In this document: one piece after another, positions 32,147 to 41,547 of the stretch
How the letters are laid out: each line of letters opens with the position of its first letter
How positions within the stretch are numbered: the first letter of the stretch is position 1
Assembly: GCA_963813135.1 (NCBI GenBank)
Contig: CAWEXY010000018.1
Span: 31,509-95,508, forward strand
Length of the DNA stretch: 64,000 nt
Direction of reading: 5' to 3'
Origin: an uncultured Verrucomicrobiae bacterium
GTDB lineage: Bacteria > Chlamydiota > Chlamydiia > Chlamydiales > Rhabdochlamydiaceae
Notes under the pieces: generated by a model
What the model was told of the DNA's origin: nothing
The model's database searches: none
The model's input: only the letters and a program-made list of their open reading frames with translations
Position numbers and translations under genes: made by a program

Positions 32147-33281
32147 CACCGATTTCTGGAGCGCAGAAGCTTTCGAGGCCGCGATCGAAGGGATGTGCGA
32201 AGAGCTCAGCGGCTGGAAAGAGCGCATCGTCCCCTTCTATGCCACGTTGACGCCTGAAGTGATCTTTCTTTTTTTTGCTCTCTGGAAAATGGGGAAAACC
32301 GCCTATCCGCTCAACCCTAGGGTCCCTTATGCAGGGCCCATTTTTACTCCCCCCATGCCCCAACTTAAAAAGCCGCGGGCCTGGGACTGGAAGGAAGAAA
32401 ATCTCGCAACGATTATCGCAACGTCGGGATCGAGCGGCGCCCCGAAGCTTGCCTGCCACACGATCGGCAACCATCTTTATAGCGCGATGGGATCTTTGTC
32501 GATCATTCCTTTAGAAGTTGGCGACAAGTGGCGGCTCGATCTTCCCCTCTATCATGTCGGCGGCATTGCGATATTATTTCGCTGCTACTTTGCAAGAGCG
32601 GCGATCGCTCTTTCATCATCGATAGATGGTATCACTCATATGTCTTTAGTCCCTACGCAGCTTTATCGCATGGGCTGCGTTCCCAACGTCAAATGCCTTT
32701 TACTAGGCGGCGCGCCCATTCCGCCGTCAATCCCCCGAGAGCTGCCCATCTTTACGACGTATGGAATGACCGAGATGAGCTCGCAGATCGCCACGAACGG
32801 GCAAGTTCTCTCCTATGCCCAAGTGAAGATCGAGGAAGATGGGCAGATTTGGGTGCGCGGAAAAACGCTCTTCCAGGGGTATTGGAAAGAAGAAAGACTT
32901 GACCTTCCGTTAGATCCTTTAGGATGGTTTGCGACGGGAGACTTAGGGACATGGGACAATGGAAAACTTCAGATCATCGGACGCAAAGACAACATGTTCA
33001 TTTCGGGCGGTGAAAATATCCATCCCGAAAACATCGAACGCGCCATCTATCAAATGGCAGGGGTCGAACAAGCGATCGTGGTCCCTAAGGCCGATCAGGA
33101 GTACGGCATGCGCGCTGTCCTTTTTATCCGTCCTTTCTATAGCCTTGAACAGATCCAGGCCCACTTGCAGGGGCTTCTGCCCAAGTTCCAATGGCCAGTA
33201 GAGGTATTTCCGTTTCCGGAAAGCTCGGGGCTCAAACCATCGCGCAAACTTTTGCACGAAAATTTATCCAACTATTCCTAA
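32133..33281 (+). CDS. menE: o-succinylbenzoate-CoA ligase
   Basis: TSGSSGAPK, LPLYHVGG, SLVPTQL, YGMTE, GRKDNMFISGGENIHPE. Confidence 0.9.
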   Translation: MLQTDTDFWSAEAFEAAIEGMCEELSGWKERIVPFYATLTPEVIFLFFALWKMGKTAYPLNPRVPYAGPIFTPPMPQLKKPRAWDWKEENLATIIATSGSSGAPKLACHTIGNHLYSAMGSLSIIPLEVGDKWRLDLPLYHVGGIAILFRCYFARAAIALSSSIDGITHMSLVPTQLYRMGCVPNVKCLLLGGAPIPPSIPRELPIFTTYGMTEMSSQIATNGQVLSYAQVKIEEDGQIWVRGKTLFQGYWKEERLDLPLDPLGWFATGDLGTWDNGKLQIIGRKDNMFISGGENIHPENIERAIYQMAGVEQAIVVPKADQEYGMRAVLFIRPFYSLEQIQAHLQGLLPKFQWPVEVFPFPESSGLKPSRKLLHENLSNYS

Positions 33282-33367
33282 GCGACTTAGGAAAAGCGAT
33301 CTCAAAATGATAGTCTTTTTGACAATAAATAATACTATCTATTATCCTATCATTTTGACCTATCATC

Positions 33368-33396
33368 TTGACAGGTCAACCAAACTATATTAGAAT
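33368..33396 (+). promoter_or_regulatory. sigma70-type promoter of the DUF4258/HTH operon, overlapped by an inverted repeat
   Basis: TTGACA-17 bp-TAGAAT; TTGACCT...AGGTCAA IR at 33355-33379. Confidence 0.65.
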
Positions 33397-33405
33397 GGAG
33401 GCTAA

Positions 33406-33726
33406 GTGGGCGAAATAATACCGATGCCAACGCCAAAAGTTGCCCCCGACACTTTGGAAGCTTTAGTTGAGAAAGCTCATCAACTAGCAAAAAGATCGGA
33501 AAACGTTTATTTAGATAATCCACACACCCAACTTAGGATGAAGGAAAGAAAGGTGTCTATACGGCAAATTTTCGATGTATTGAGACATGGAAAAGGCGTG
33601 GATGGGCCAACTCTGGATAAATATGGAGATTGGAGAATCAAGCTAAAGCGTTTCACCGCTGGACGGTCCGTTCAAGTCGTCGTGGTAGTTAAAAAGGACT
33701 ATTTAGAAATAGTAACAGTAATTTAA
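33406..33726 (+). CDS. DUF4258-like putative toxin
   Basis: H...RM.ER.VS...I..VL..G pattern, C-terminal IVTV; upstream of an HTH gene. Confidence 0.7.
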   Translation: MGEIIPMPTPKVAPDTLEALVEKAHQLAKRSENVYLDNPHTQLRMKERKVSIRQIFDVLRHGKGVDGPTLDKYGDWRIKLKRFTAGRSVQVVVVVKKDYLEIVTVI

Positions 33727-33739
33727 AGGAAGGCGATAA

Positions 33740-34195
33740 ATGAACAATTCTTATCATTATACTGAATGTGGTCTTTCAAATATTTTCCTTGCAAATGGCT
33801 ATAAATTTATAGAAACTCCTCGAGGCAAATCTGTTTCTATTAGTGATATGGATGGCTTACATAGAGCTATCGGTTTGCTACTTGTATCTTCTAAAAAAGA
33901 TTTATCTGGAGAGGAAGTTCGTTTTTTAAGACATGAACTGCTCATGTCTCAAAGCACATTAAGTAGATTACTTGGAGTAAGTGAACAAGCGATTCGTCGT
34001 TGGGAAAATGGGAAAATCAACATCCCTAAGCCCTCTGAATCTTTATTAAGGCTTCTCTATAGAGAGCATATTCATAATCACCAAGGGCAAATTTCGAAAA
34101 TTCTTAAAGAAATTGCCGACCTCGAAGAAGCAATCAATGATGATGGGCTTCTTTTCAAAGCTACAGCCAAAGGATGGCAAGCATCAGCGGCGTAA
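33740..34195 (+). CDS. XRE/MqsA-like HTH antitoxin
   Basis: YHYTECGLSNIFL.NG N-terminus; LSGEEVRFLR..L.MSQ..L..LLGVS...I.RWENG HTH. Confidence 0.8.
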   Translation: MNNSYHYTECGLSNIFLANGYKFIETPRGKSVSISDMDGLHRAIGLLLVSSKKDLSGEEVRFLRHELLMSQSTLSRLLGVSEQAIRRWENGKINIPKPSESLLRLLYREHIHNHQGQISKILKEIADLEEAINDDGLLFKATAKGWQASAA

Positions 34196-34646
34196 TTGAT
34201 AAATGGATCGGGAGTTCCCGATCGGCGTCTGACCTCGGCAATTGCTGAGGTTTTTCGCTTTTTAGGGCGTAGAAAAATGCTTTCAAGCTCTCTGGAAGCG
34301 GGATCGAAGTAAGCGTCGTCCGGTCGACAGCGACATGAACGATCGTCACGGTTCCGGCCAAGACCTCCCCGAGCATTATCTGATAAGAGACCTTTAAAGA
34401 CGAAGTTCCCGGCGCAATGGTAAAAGAAATATCGACCTCATCGCCGCAGCGTAGAGGCGCTTTATAATCAGCCTCAGCATGAACAATAGGCAGTAGAAAA
34501 TCACTTGAGCCAAGCATTTTCTTGAGGTCAAAGTGGTCTTCGAAGGCCTCAAGAGCGATACGCTGCAGCTCGGTAAAATAGAGGACGCCGGTCGCATCGG
34601 TATCGCGCAGGTAAATCCGTTTGCGTTTTTTCGTAAAAAGATCCAT
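34161..34646 (-). CDS. 4HBT/hotdog thioesterase, probable DHNA-CoA hydrolase
   Basis: DTDATGVLYF, PIVHAEADYKAPL.CGD; near menE. Confidence 0.75.
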   Translation of the reverse strand: MDLFTKKRKRIYLRDTDATGVLYFTELQRIALEAFEDHFDLKKMLGSSDFLLPIVHAEADYKAPLRCGDEVDISFTIAPGTSSLKVSYQIMLGEVLAGTVTIVHVAVDRTTLTSIPLPESLKAFFYALKSEKPQQLPRSDADRELPIHLSITPLMLAILWL

Positions 34647-34660
34647 AATATGTTTACTTT

Positions 34661-35602
34661 ATGCGAGCGACGCTTTATTTTTTACTCCTATTTCCATTTC
34701 TTCTTTTTGCAAGAGTGGGCGATGTGCTCCTCTCGACGCAAGGAACGGACCCCCTGCCCATTTTGGGAGAAGTAAAAGAAGCCCTTGCCCAGAAAAATAT
34801 TCAACTTGAGCTCACGGACTTTAAAAAGATAAAGAAGTGGGATAAAGTGGCTAATACCGTTGTTTGGAATAAGCCGCGGGCGCTCAAGAAAAAAATCCTC
34901 TATAACATGCCCAAAAAAAGGGCGGTTCTTTTCCAATGGCAATCGCCCGTGGAATGCTCCAAGCTCTATGCGCGCAAATACACGCGCCATTTTCGAAGAA
35001 TCTATACGTGGAACGACGATCTCGTCGACAACTACCGGTATTTCAAATTTTATTTTCCTGCCCTCAAGCCCATGGCCTCTAATCTACCCTCTTTTGAAAG
35101 CAAAAAACTGCTTACAATGGTGGCGCCGCATAAAACCAGCAAAAAAATAGGCGAGCTCTATTCAGCAAGAGAACTTGCTGTCCAGCATTTCGATGGCAAA
35201 TCTTTTGAATTTTATGGGACAGACTGGGAAGAGAACAAATACCGTTCCTATCGTGGAAATGCGCCTGATTTAAAAAATTATAGATTTACCCTTTGCTATG
35301 AAGACATGGGCGGCGTGAAGGGATACATTACCGAAAAAATCTTTGATGCCTTCGCCACTGGATCCGTCCCCATCTATCTCGGCGCGACCAATGTCACAGA
35401 CTATATCCCCAAAGAGTGTTTCATCGACCGGCGCGACTTTGCCAGCGATGATGAGCTCTATGCGTTTATCGAATCGATGGACAAACCTACCTATGAAAAT
35501 TACCTAGCCCATATCCGGACCTATCTCTCGAGCGATAAAGCGCAGCTTTTTTCACTCAAATATTTTCAGGTGCTCTTCCTCGAAGCGATCGGTTTTCCTT
35601 AA
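34661..35602 (+). CDS. glycosyltransferase family 10 (fucosyltransferase-like)
   Basis: YRFTLCYE...GYITEKIFDAF..GSVPIYLG GT10 motif; N-terminal hydrophobic leader. Confidence 0.85.
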   Translation: MRATLYFLLLFPFLLFARVGDVLLSTQGTDPLPILGEVKEALAQKNIQLELTDFKKIKKWDKVANTVVWNKPRALKKKILYNMPKKRAVLFQWQSPVECSKLYARKYTRHFRRIYTWNDDLVDNYRYFKFYFPALKPMASNLPSFESKKLLTMVAPHKTSKKIGELYSARELAVQHFDGKSFEFYGTDWEENKYRSYRGNAPDLKNYRFTLCYEDMGGVKGYITEKIFDAFATGSVPIYLGATNVTDYIPKECFIDRRDFASDDELYAFIESMDKPTYENYLAHIRTYLSSDKAQLFSLKYFQVLFLEAIGFP

Positions 35603-35656
35603 AATTTTCTTTCTACCAATTGTAGGAAATACCGCCCCTTTCTATAATCCCGACCC

Positions 35657-37459
35657 ATGATACCCAGCAACTCGCAAGATCGGCTGTCCCAAGATCCTCA
35701 AAATCCTGAATTGTATTATCGACAAGGCCTTGCTCTCATGGAGATGAAGGAAGCGCGATGCCTGCAGCTGGCTTGCAAGCAATTTAAAAGAGCGACCGAG
35801 CTTAAACCCAATTACTCCGAGGCCTGGCAATCGTGGGGCCGGGCCTTAGAAGCCCTCGAGGACCCCATTCTTGCGAAAGAAAAATATACCCGCGCCAACA
35901 GTCACTGGGACATGGGGCGCATGGCCTATCTCATCGGTAAAGAATCGGGCGAAGTCTCCGATGTCAAAGAAGCGCTGGATGCTTTAGAAAAAGCCGGAAA
36001 TCAGCAAAGCAATCTGCCCGGAAAATATTGGATTGATTTCGGAAATGCTTATCTTCTCATGGCCGAGCTGGTCCGTGATCCCCATCTCATCACAAAATCG
36101 ATCCATGCGTTCAAACGGGCTGTCTCATTGATGCTGGACTCTCCCGAGGGATGGAAGCACTTGGCCAGAGCCATAGAAAGGCTCTATCAACAGACGCACG
36201 AAGAGGACCATTTCACGCAGGCCAATGAATGTTTTGCCGCAGCTTTGCACCTTCATCCTTGCGACGGCGATTTATGGCTGCAATGGGCGCAGTTTCTTCT
36301 CGACAGCGGCCGCAGGTCCCGCGATGAAAAGAGACTGAACTTAGGGCTTGAAAAATGCCGCCAAGCGCAGATCTATCTGCCCAAAGATCCCCATGTTATC
36401 GCTACAGGGGCGCAACTGCTCGCCCTCTTGGGCGAGATCACCGAGAGCGTCGGCCTCCTTTATGAAGCCGAAGACAAGATGAACGCAGCAATGGACATGG
36501 ACGAAGACGACCCCTTTTTATCCTACGCCTTCGGCATATGCTACATCTCCTTTGCCCACTACTTCGAAGATCCGGATTATTTTTCCCAGGCGATCGAAAA
36601 GCTCCAATGGAGCCTATCGCTCGACCGCACCCTCCATGCCAGCTGGCATGCGATGGCTCAGTGCTACAGCGCACTGGCGCAAATCGACGAGGACGAGGAG
36701 TCCCTTAAAACAGCGATCCGATTTCACGCCAAGGCAGAGGCGCTTTTTCCGAGCACTTCCTATCTTGCCGCCTATGCCATCGCGCTCACGCAGCTGGGCG
36801 AAATGAAAAATGAGCCGACATTATTCGAAGAGGCCATCCGCCGGTTCGAATGGGCTTTGTCCCAGCAAAAAAATGCCCTCTATTCCCATCCCGAGTGGCT
36901 GTTTTATTACGCGGTAGCCCTCGATCTCTACGCTAATTATCAAGACGAGGAAGGATACTACCTCAAAGCGATCGACATCTTATCGCAGGTCATCATGGTC
37001 GAGCCTGATTTTCCCCTTTTGCATCAGAGGCTCGGCCTCGTGCTTGCCCATCTCGCAGAACTGCGGGAATCGCCTGAGGGATTTTATCGGGCTGTCCACC
37101 ATTTCCGTTTGGCGCTTAAAAACGATCCTGAAAATGACTACGTCCTGCTCGACTGGGGAGTGTGCCTGCTCAACCTTGCCTCTTACCTTTACGATACCGA
37201 AGAAAAAGAAATGGTTTTACGAGAAGCGCAAAATAAACTCAATGCAGCCGCACGGCTCGGCAACGTGCAGGCCTTCTACCAACTTGCCTGCTTTTATTCG
37301 CTCTTTCAGCAGTATGAAACATCTCTTTATTTTCTCGATAAAGCAGGCCGCGCCCATGCCCTTCCTACCATCGAAGAAATTTTAGATGATGAGTGGTTGG
37401 AAGGCCTTCGCAGGACGGCCCCCTTTCAAGATTTTTTAATACACCTAGAAAAGAGATAA
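35657..37459 (+). CDS. TPR-repeat protein
   Basis: Multiple TPR-like helical repeats; C-terminal YQLACFYSL. Confidence 0.8.
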   Translation: MIPSNSQDRLSQDPQNPELYYRQGLALMEMKEARCLQLACKQFKRATELKPNYSEAWQSWGRALEALEDPILAKEKYTRANSHWDMGRMAYLIGKESGEVSDVKEALDALEKAGNQQSNLPGKYWIDFGNAYLLMAELVRDPHLITKSIHAFKRAVSLMLDSPEGWKHLARAIERLYQQTHEEDHFTQANECFAAALHLHPCDGDLWLQWAQFLLDSGRRSRDEKRLNLGLEKCRQAQIYLPKDPHVIATGAQLLALLGEITESVGLLYEAEDKMNAAMDMDEDDPFLSYAFGICYISFAHYFEDPDYFSQAIEKLQWSLSLDRTLHASWHAMAQCYSALAQIDEDEESLKTAIRFHAKAEALFPSTSYLAAYAIALTQLGEMKNEPTLFEEAIRRFEWALSQQKNALYSHPEWLFYYAVALDLYANYQDEEGYYLKAIDILSQVIMVEPDFPLLHQRLGLVLAHLAELRESPEGFYRAVHHFRLALKNDPENDYVLLDWGVCLLNLASYLYDTEEKEMVLREAQNKLNAAARLGNVQAFYQLACFYSLFQQYETSLYFLDKAGRAHALPTIEEILDDEWLEGLRRTAPFQDFLIHLEKR

Positions 37460-37479
37460 TCTGATAGGCTGAAGCTCCT

Positions 37480-39324
37480 ATGGATAAACGTACAATTCTC
37501 TTTCTCGTTCTGCTGACGGTCACGTTCTATTTGATCAACAATGTCTTCTTCCCTCCCCGTCCGGCCGTTGCCCCTCCTCCTACCCAGGAACAAATTCAAG
37601 TTGTTACCCCCAAACCCCTCACCAAGCCCACAGACGTGAAGGAAAACCTTTATGTCATTGAAAATGATTATCAGCAGCTCGTCATTTCCAACCTCGGCGG
37701 CGGGATCAAAGAAATCAATTTAACCCTGCGCACCAAAGAAAATACTGTCTCTGTCGTGCGCCCTATCGAGTTCGACACCACTTTAGAAAAAGATTATCCG
37801 AAACAAGACCGATTTCCCTCAGGCCCCTATCAAACGGCGACTGGTTCCTTCGATCAAGGAAAAGTCGGCGGTTATTACCCCCTTCTGCGCCGCAGCGCCC
37901 CCCCTGCCCTTTACGGCCTCAGCTCTGCGATCGAAAAAAGCGATGAGCCCCCACTCCGCTATACAGTAAAGTCTTTAGGAAAAAACCGCATCGTCCTCGA
38001 AGGCGCGACCGAAAGCTGCCGCATCGTTAAGACCATCACTCTGCCCGAAGACCCCTCAACCTCGCCCTATTGCTTCGATGTCGATCTCGATGTCAGCGGC
38101 GACTGCCAAAATCTTTCCCTCTCGACCGGGGTGCCCGAAGTGGAAATCGTCTCTGGAAGCTCAAGCCCCGTCCTCAAATACCGCATCACGCGGGGAAATA
38201 AACACGTCGTAGAAAAGGCCGACCTTCCGAAAACGGCGACCACGATGACCTCCATCCAACCCGATTGGATCTGCAACTCCAATGGATTTTTTGGCGTGAT
38301 CCTCGATCCTAAGGCCGATATTGGCCGCGGCTTTACCGCCGTGCAAGTCCCCGGGACCGTCGCTCCGACCCGCCTTTCCGTCATCGACGCCCAGTATGAC
38401 CTCTATCCGCCGTCCAGTTACCCCGGCTACGACATGCGCATTCCGCTCAGCGTCAGCAGCAAAACCCTTTCGTTCCGCGTTTTTGCCGGCCCTTTCGACT
38501 CGAAAATCCTCAAAACCGTCGATGCCAACTACCAAGATCCCAAAACAGGCTACACCCCCGATTTCATCGCCTGCCAAAGCTTCCACGGATGGTTCGCGTT
38601 CATCTCCGAGCCCTTTGCAAAATTTCTGTTTTTCCTCATGGATATTTTCCATTGGATCACTAGATCCTGGGGCATCTCGATCATCCTGCTGACCGCAGCG
38701 CTGCGGCTCATGATGTACCCTCTCAACGCTTGGTCGATCAAGTCGACCGCCAAAATGCAAAAACTCGCCCCCATGATCTCTTCTGTTCAAGAGCGTCTCA
38801 AGAAAGATCCTAAAAAAATGCAGATGGAGATGATGAGGATCTACCGCGAAAACAAGATCAACCCGCTCGGCGGATGCTTCCCCCTCCTGATCCAAATGCC
38901 CTTCCTGATCGGCATGTTCGATCTTCTCAAATCAGCCTTTGAACTCCGCGGCGTCACGTTCATCCCTGGATGGATCACCAACCTTACCGGACCCGACGTC
39001 GTGTTCAGCTGGGGCCATCCCATTTGGTTCTTCGGCACATCGTTCCATCTCCTTCCGTTCCTCCTGGGCGGCGCCATGTACTGGCAGCAAAAGATGAGTA
39101 CGACGGCCCCCAAAGATCCCAAACTGCTCACCGACCAACAAAAGCAGCAAAAGATGATGGGGAATTTCATGGTGATCGTGTTCACCGTGCTGTTCTATCA
39201 TTTCCCCTCAGGACTGAACATCTACTGGCTTTCTTCGATCCTGCTCGGCATTCTCCAGCAATGGTGGATGACCAAGCGAAAACCGCCCGCCGTTGAGATT
39301 GAGATCATCGGAAAGAAAAAATAG
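37480..39324 (+). CDS. yidC: membrane protein insertase YidC
   Basis: WGISIILLT, NPLGGCFPLLIQMP, PSGLNIYW, QQW. Confidence 0.96.
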   Translation: MDKRTILFLVLLTVTFYLINNVFFPPRPAVAPPPTQEQIQVVTPKPLTKPTDVKENLYVIENDYQQLVISNLGGGIKEINLTLRTKENTVSVVRPIEFDTTLEKDYPKQDRFPSGPYQTATGSFDQGKVGGYYPLLRRSAPPALYGLSSAIEKSDEPPLRYTVKSLGKNRIVLEGATESCRIVKTITLPEDPSTSPYCFDVDLDVSGDCQNLSLSTGVPEVEIVSGSSSPVLKYRITRGNKHVVEKADLPKTATTMTSIQPDWICNSNGFFGVILDPKADIGRGFTAVQVPGTVAPTRLSVIDAQYDLYPPSSYPGYDMRIPLSVSSKTLSFRVFAGPFDSKILKTVDANYQDPKTGYTPDFIACQSFHGWFAFISEPFAKFLFFLMDIFHWITRSWGISIILLTAALRLMMYPLNAWSIKSTAKMQKLAPMISSVQERLKKDPKKMQMEMMRIYRENKINPLGGCFPLLIQMPFLIGMFDLLKSAFELRGVTFIPGWITNLTGPDVVFSWGHPIWFFGTSFHLLPFLLGGAMYWQQKMSTTAPKDPKLLTDQQKQQKMMGNFMVIVFTVLFYHFPSGLNIYWLSSILLGILQQWWMTKRKPPAVEIEIIGKKK

Positions 39325-39334
39325 AACGCGCGAG

Positions 39335-39805
39335 TTATTTCTGAAGTCTTTTCAGTTGGGCATTTATGGATTGACTTGAAGCAGGGTCAATTTTTCTCAT
39401 GAGGGCTAAGGCGTGTGAATTATTTAGACCCACCAATTGCTTCAAAAATGTCCCCTTTTGAAAAGCTTTCACTACCCAGAAATTAGGAGAAAGATGGGGA
39501 AGGGTAGAAGAGTTGACCAAAAAATTTTTCAGCGCCGCATAGGGATCAGGCTCTTTAAAAAGGGTTAAATTAAAAACCCCATTGATTTGACGGATCAGCT
39601 CCTGCAGTCCTAGTAGAACAATTTTTTTGGAACTCAGATTTGAATGAGGGCAGAATTGCAGCGATTGGGCAATACTTTTCCATCGTTTTTCATCATCCAC
39701 AAGCGTTTGATATGCCCTTGAAACTTGAGCAACTTGGAGTAAATCTCCAATATCTAGAAAATCTAAAATATAACTATTAAGTTCAGGTGGCAAACATGTA
39801 ATCAT
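39335..39805 (-). CDS. F-box domain protein
   Basis: LPPEL..YILDFL...DLL.VAQVSR.Y..L.DD...W. Confidence 0.85.
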   Translation of the reverse strand: MITCLPPELNSYILDFLDIGDLLQVAQVSRAYQTLVDDEKRWKSIAQSLQFCPHSNLSSKKIVLLGLQELIRQINGVFNLTLFKEPDPYAALKNFLVNSSTLPHLSPNFWVVKAFQKGTFLKQLVGLNNSHALALMRKIDPASSQSINAQLKRLQK

Positions 39806-39849
39806 GCCGACATTATAGGCAAAACATACAATTTATAATACATAAAAAA

Positions 39850-41220
39850 TTATTCTATATCTAGTGAGTTCATTTTATAATCAGCAAAATTGTTTATAAA
39901 TTGCCGATGTTCTTTGGAAGATAAATCACTTGAGAGCACTTTGACCCAGGCGAGTTCAATTTGATTAAAAGCAGCTCTAAAGTAATCAGCGATAGGTTTT
40001 TGGAGCGCTTGAATTTCTTTTTTTAAATCGGCGAGTTTTTCAACAGGAGCAGCTTGAGCTTTTACCCGGCTAAATTCTATAAACTTCTTTTGAAAATTTT
40101 CAAGTTGAGTGTCATTTATTTTTTTACTTGGATTCAAGATATTATAATACTTAACAAGAAGACCGATGCCTTCTAAAAGCGATTGTTCGTCTTGGACCAT
40201 TCTCGGGGACATATAGGCGGAATTAATCGTATAGTCAATAAACGAGGCAACTTCTCTAAGCGAGCACATGATATTTATGATGGCATCTCTATCTGTTTCG
40301 TAATAAGGGGAGAGATCTGCGGGAGGGTAAGTTAAAATACTGTTCCAGTCGTATTTTGCTTGCTGCTCGAATGACCGGGCTTGCCGTAAGATAGCGGCAG
40401 GGGTCCCACAAATTAGAATGATTTTAGGTTGCGGTCTTTCATTTTGCATTTTTTGGACGACAAAGCTGATGTTTTCTCCCGAGTTGGTCGCCTCTTTCTC
40501 TAAAACAATGCTTTCTTTAGCGACTCCTAAGGATTCCAGCCGCGCCCCCAAAGTTTCTGCTTCGGTTTTGCTGAAAATATAACCCGGAGATGTCGCATGG
40601 CCGCCAAACCCTGAGACGTAGATCTTGCATTGAGGATTATTCATTTTTATGAACAGTTTGGCTGCATGGTCCACCTGCTTCAAATCGTTATTTCCATTGA
40701 CAATGATCGCATCAACTTTTTTGAGGTCATCGCCCGTAGCTTGCCTCTCCACTATGCTGCCGTTTTGAGCCTTCGCAATCACTGACCTTGGAGTAAATGC
40801 TTTGGCAATTATTTTGGCATCATTGCCCAACTCTTTCACAGTCAGTTTATTGTCGAGGCATATCTTTTTTTCTAGTTTATTCACAGCCTGGTCAGCCGTC
40901 TTCGCAAGGTCCAAGGCCTCGGCTTTTGTACTTTTAGATGGGCGGAGGCCAGCTTGTGTTATTTTAGCTCTAAAAGCGTCGCCTGCTTTTTTGATTTGAT
41001 TAAATAGGGTCTCATTTTCTTTCTGGGCAATGAAATTACAAAGTTCGATAAATCCAAGGGTTTCACACTTAGGATTTTCTGCTTTAATATTCTTGATTAT
41101 CTCGTTATATTTGGCCGGATCGTTCTTCTTAACTTGTGTTAAAATGTCATGGACGGCTTTTACTCGGTCATGATGGGCTACATTTTCAGCATGTTCACGT
41201 TTTTTGATGGGTTCCGTCAT
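39850..41220 (-). CDS. YdcF/DUF218-like domain protein with long helical extensions
   Basis: AIIVNG, VSGFGG, TEAE, GVAKESIVLEKEATNSGENI. Confidence 0.7.
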   Translation of the reverse strand: MTEPIKKREHAENVAHHDRVKAVHDILTQVKKNDPAKYNEIIKNIKAENPKCETLGFIELCNFIAQKENETLFNQIKKAGDAFRAKITQAGLRPSKSTKAEALDLAKTADQAVNKLEKKICLDNKLTVKELGNDAKIIAKAFTPRSVIAKAQNGSIVERQATGDDLKKVDAIIVNGNNDLKQVDHAAKLFIKMNNPQCKIYVSGFGGHATSPGYIFSKTEAETLGARLESLGVAKESIVLEKEATNSGENISFVVQKMQNERPQPKIILICGTPAAILRQARSFEQQAKYDWNSILTYPPADLSPYYETDRDAIINIMCSLREVASFIDYTINSAYMSPRMVQDEQSLLEGIGLLVKYYNILNPSKKINDTQLENFQKKFIEFSRVKAQAAPVEKLADLKKEIQALQKPIADYFRAAFNQIELAWVKVLSSDLSSKEHRQFINNFADYKMNSLDIE

Positions 41221-41359
41221 AATTGCATCTCGCCTTTTCTTCCCCATACATATTAAATATTTTTATATACAAGCAATTTTTGATCAGAACACTTAGTGAG
41301 CTGCCTATTGAACAAAAAAAAATAAGAAGCTGCTAAAAGCTCTTCAATTTTGCAGTAGA

Positions 41360-41449
41360 TTTCTTCGCTGACGCGCGATATTCTGCAGCAATGGCAGGAT
41401 GACCAAGCGAAAACCGCCTGTAATTGAGATCTTACCAAAAAAGAAATGA
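41360..41449 (+). repeat. degenerate duplicate of the yidC 3' end (direct repeat of 39230-39324)
   Basis: ATTCTGCAGCAATGGCAGGATGACCAAGCGAAAACCGCC vs yidC ATTCTCCAGCAATGGTGGATGACCAAGCGAAAACCGCC; both end in ...AAAGAAA + stop. Confidence 0.85.
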
Positions 41450-41456
41450 GAATTTT

Positions 41457-41525
41457 ACCACAGAGATCACAGAGGGCACAGAGTGAAGAAGGTTCCTTCT
41501 CTGTGACCTCTGTGATCTCTGTGGT
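41457..41525. repeat. REP-like hairpin, family B, upstream of dnaA
   Basis: ACCACAGAGATCACAGAGG...CCTCTGTGATCTCTGTGGT. Confidence 0.9.
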
Positions 41526-41547
41526 TTAAATCTCTCCGAAGAGGTTT

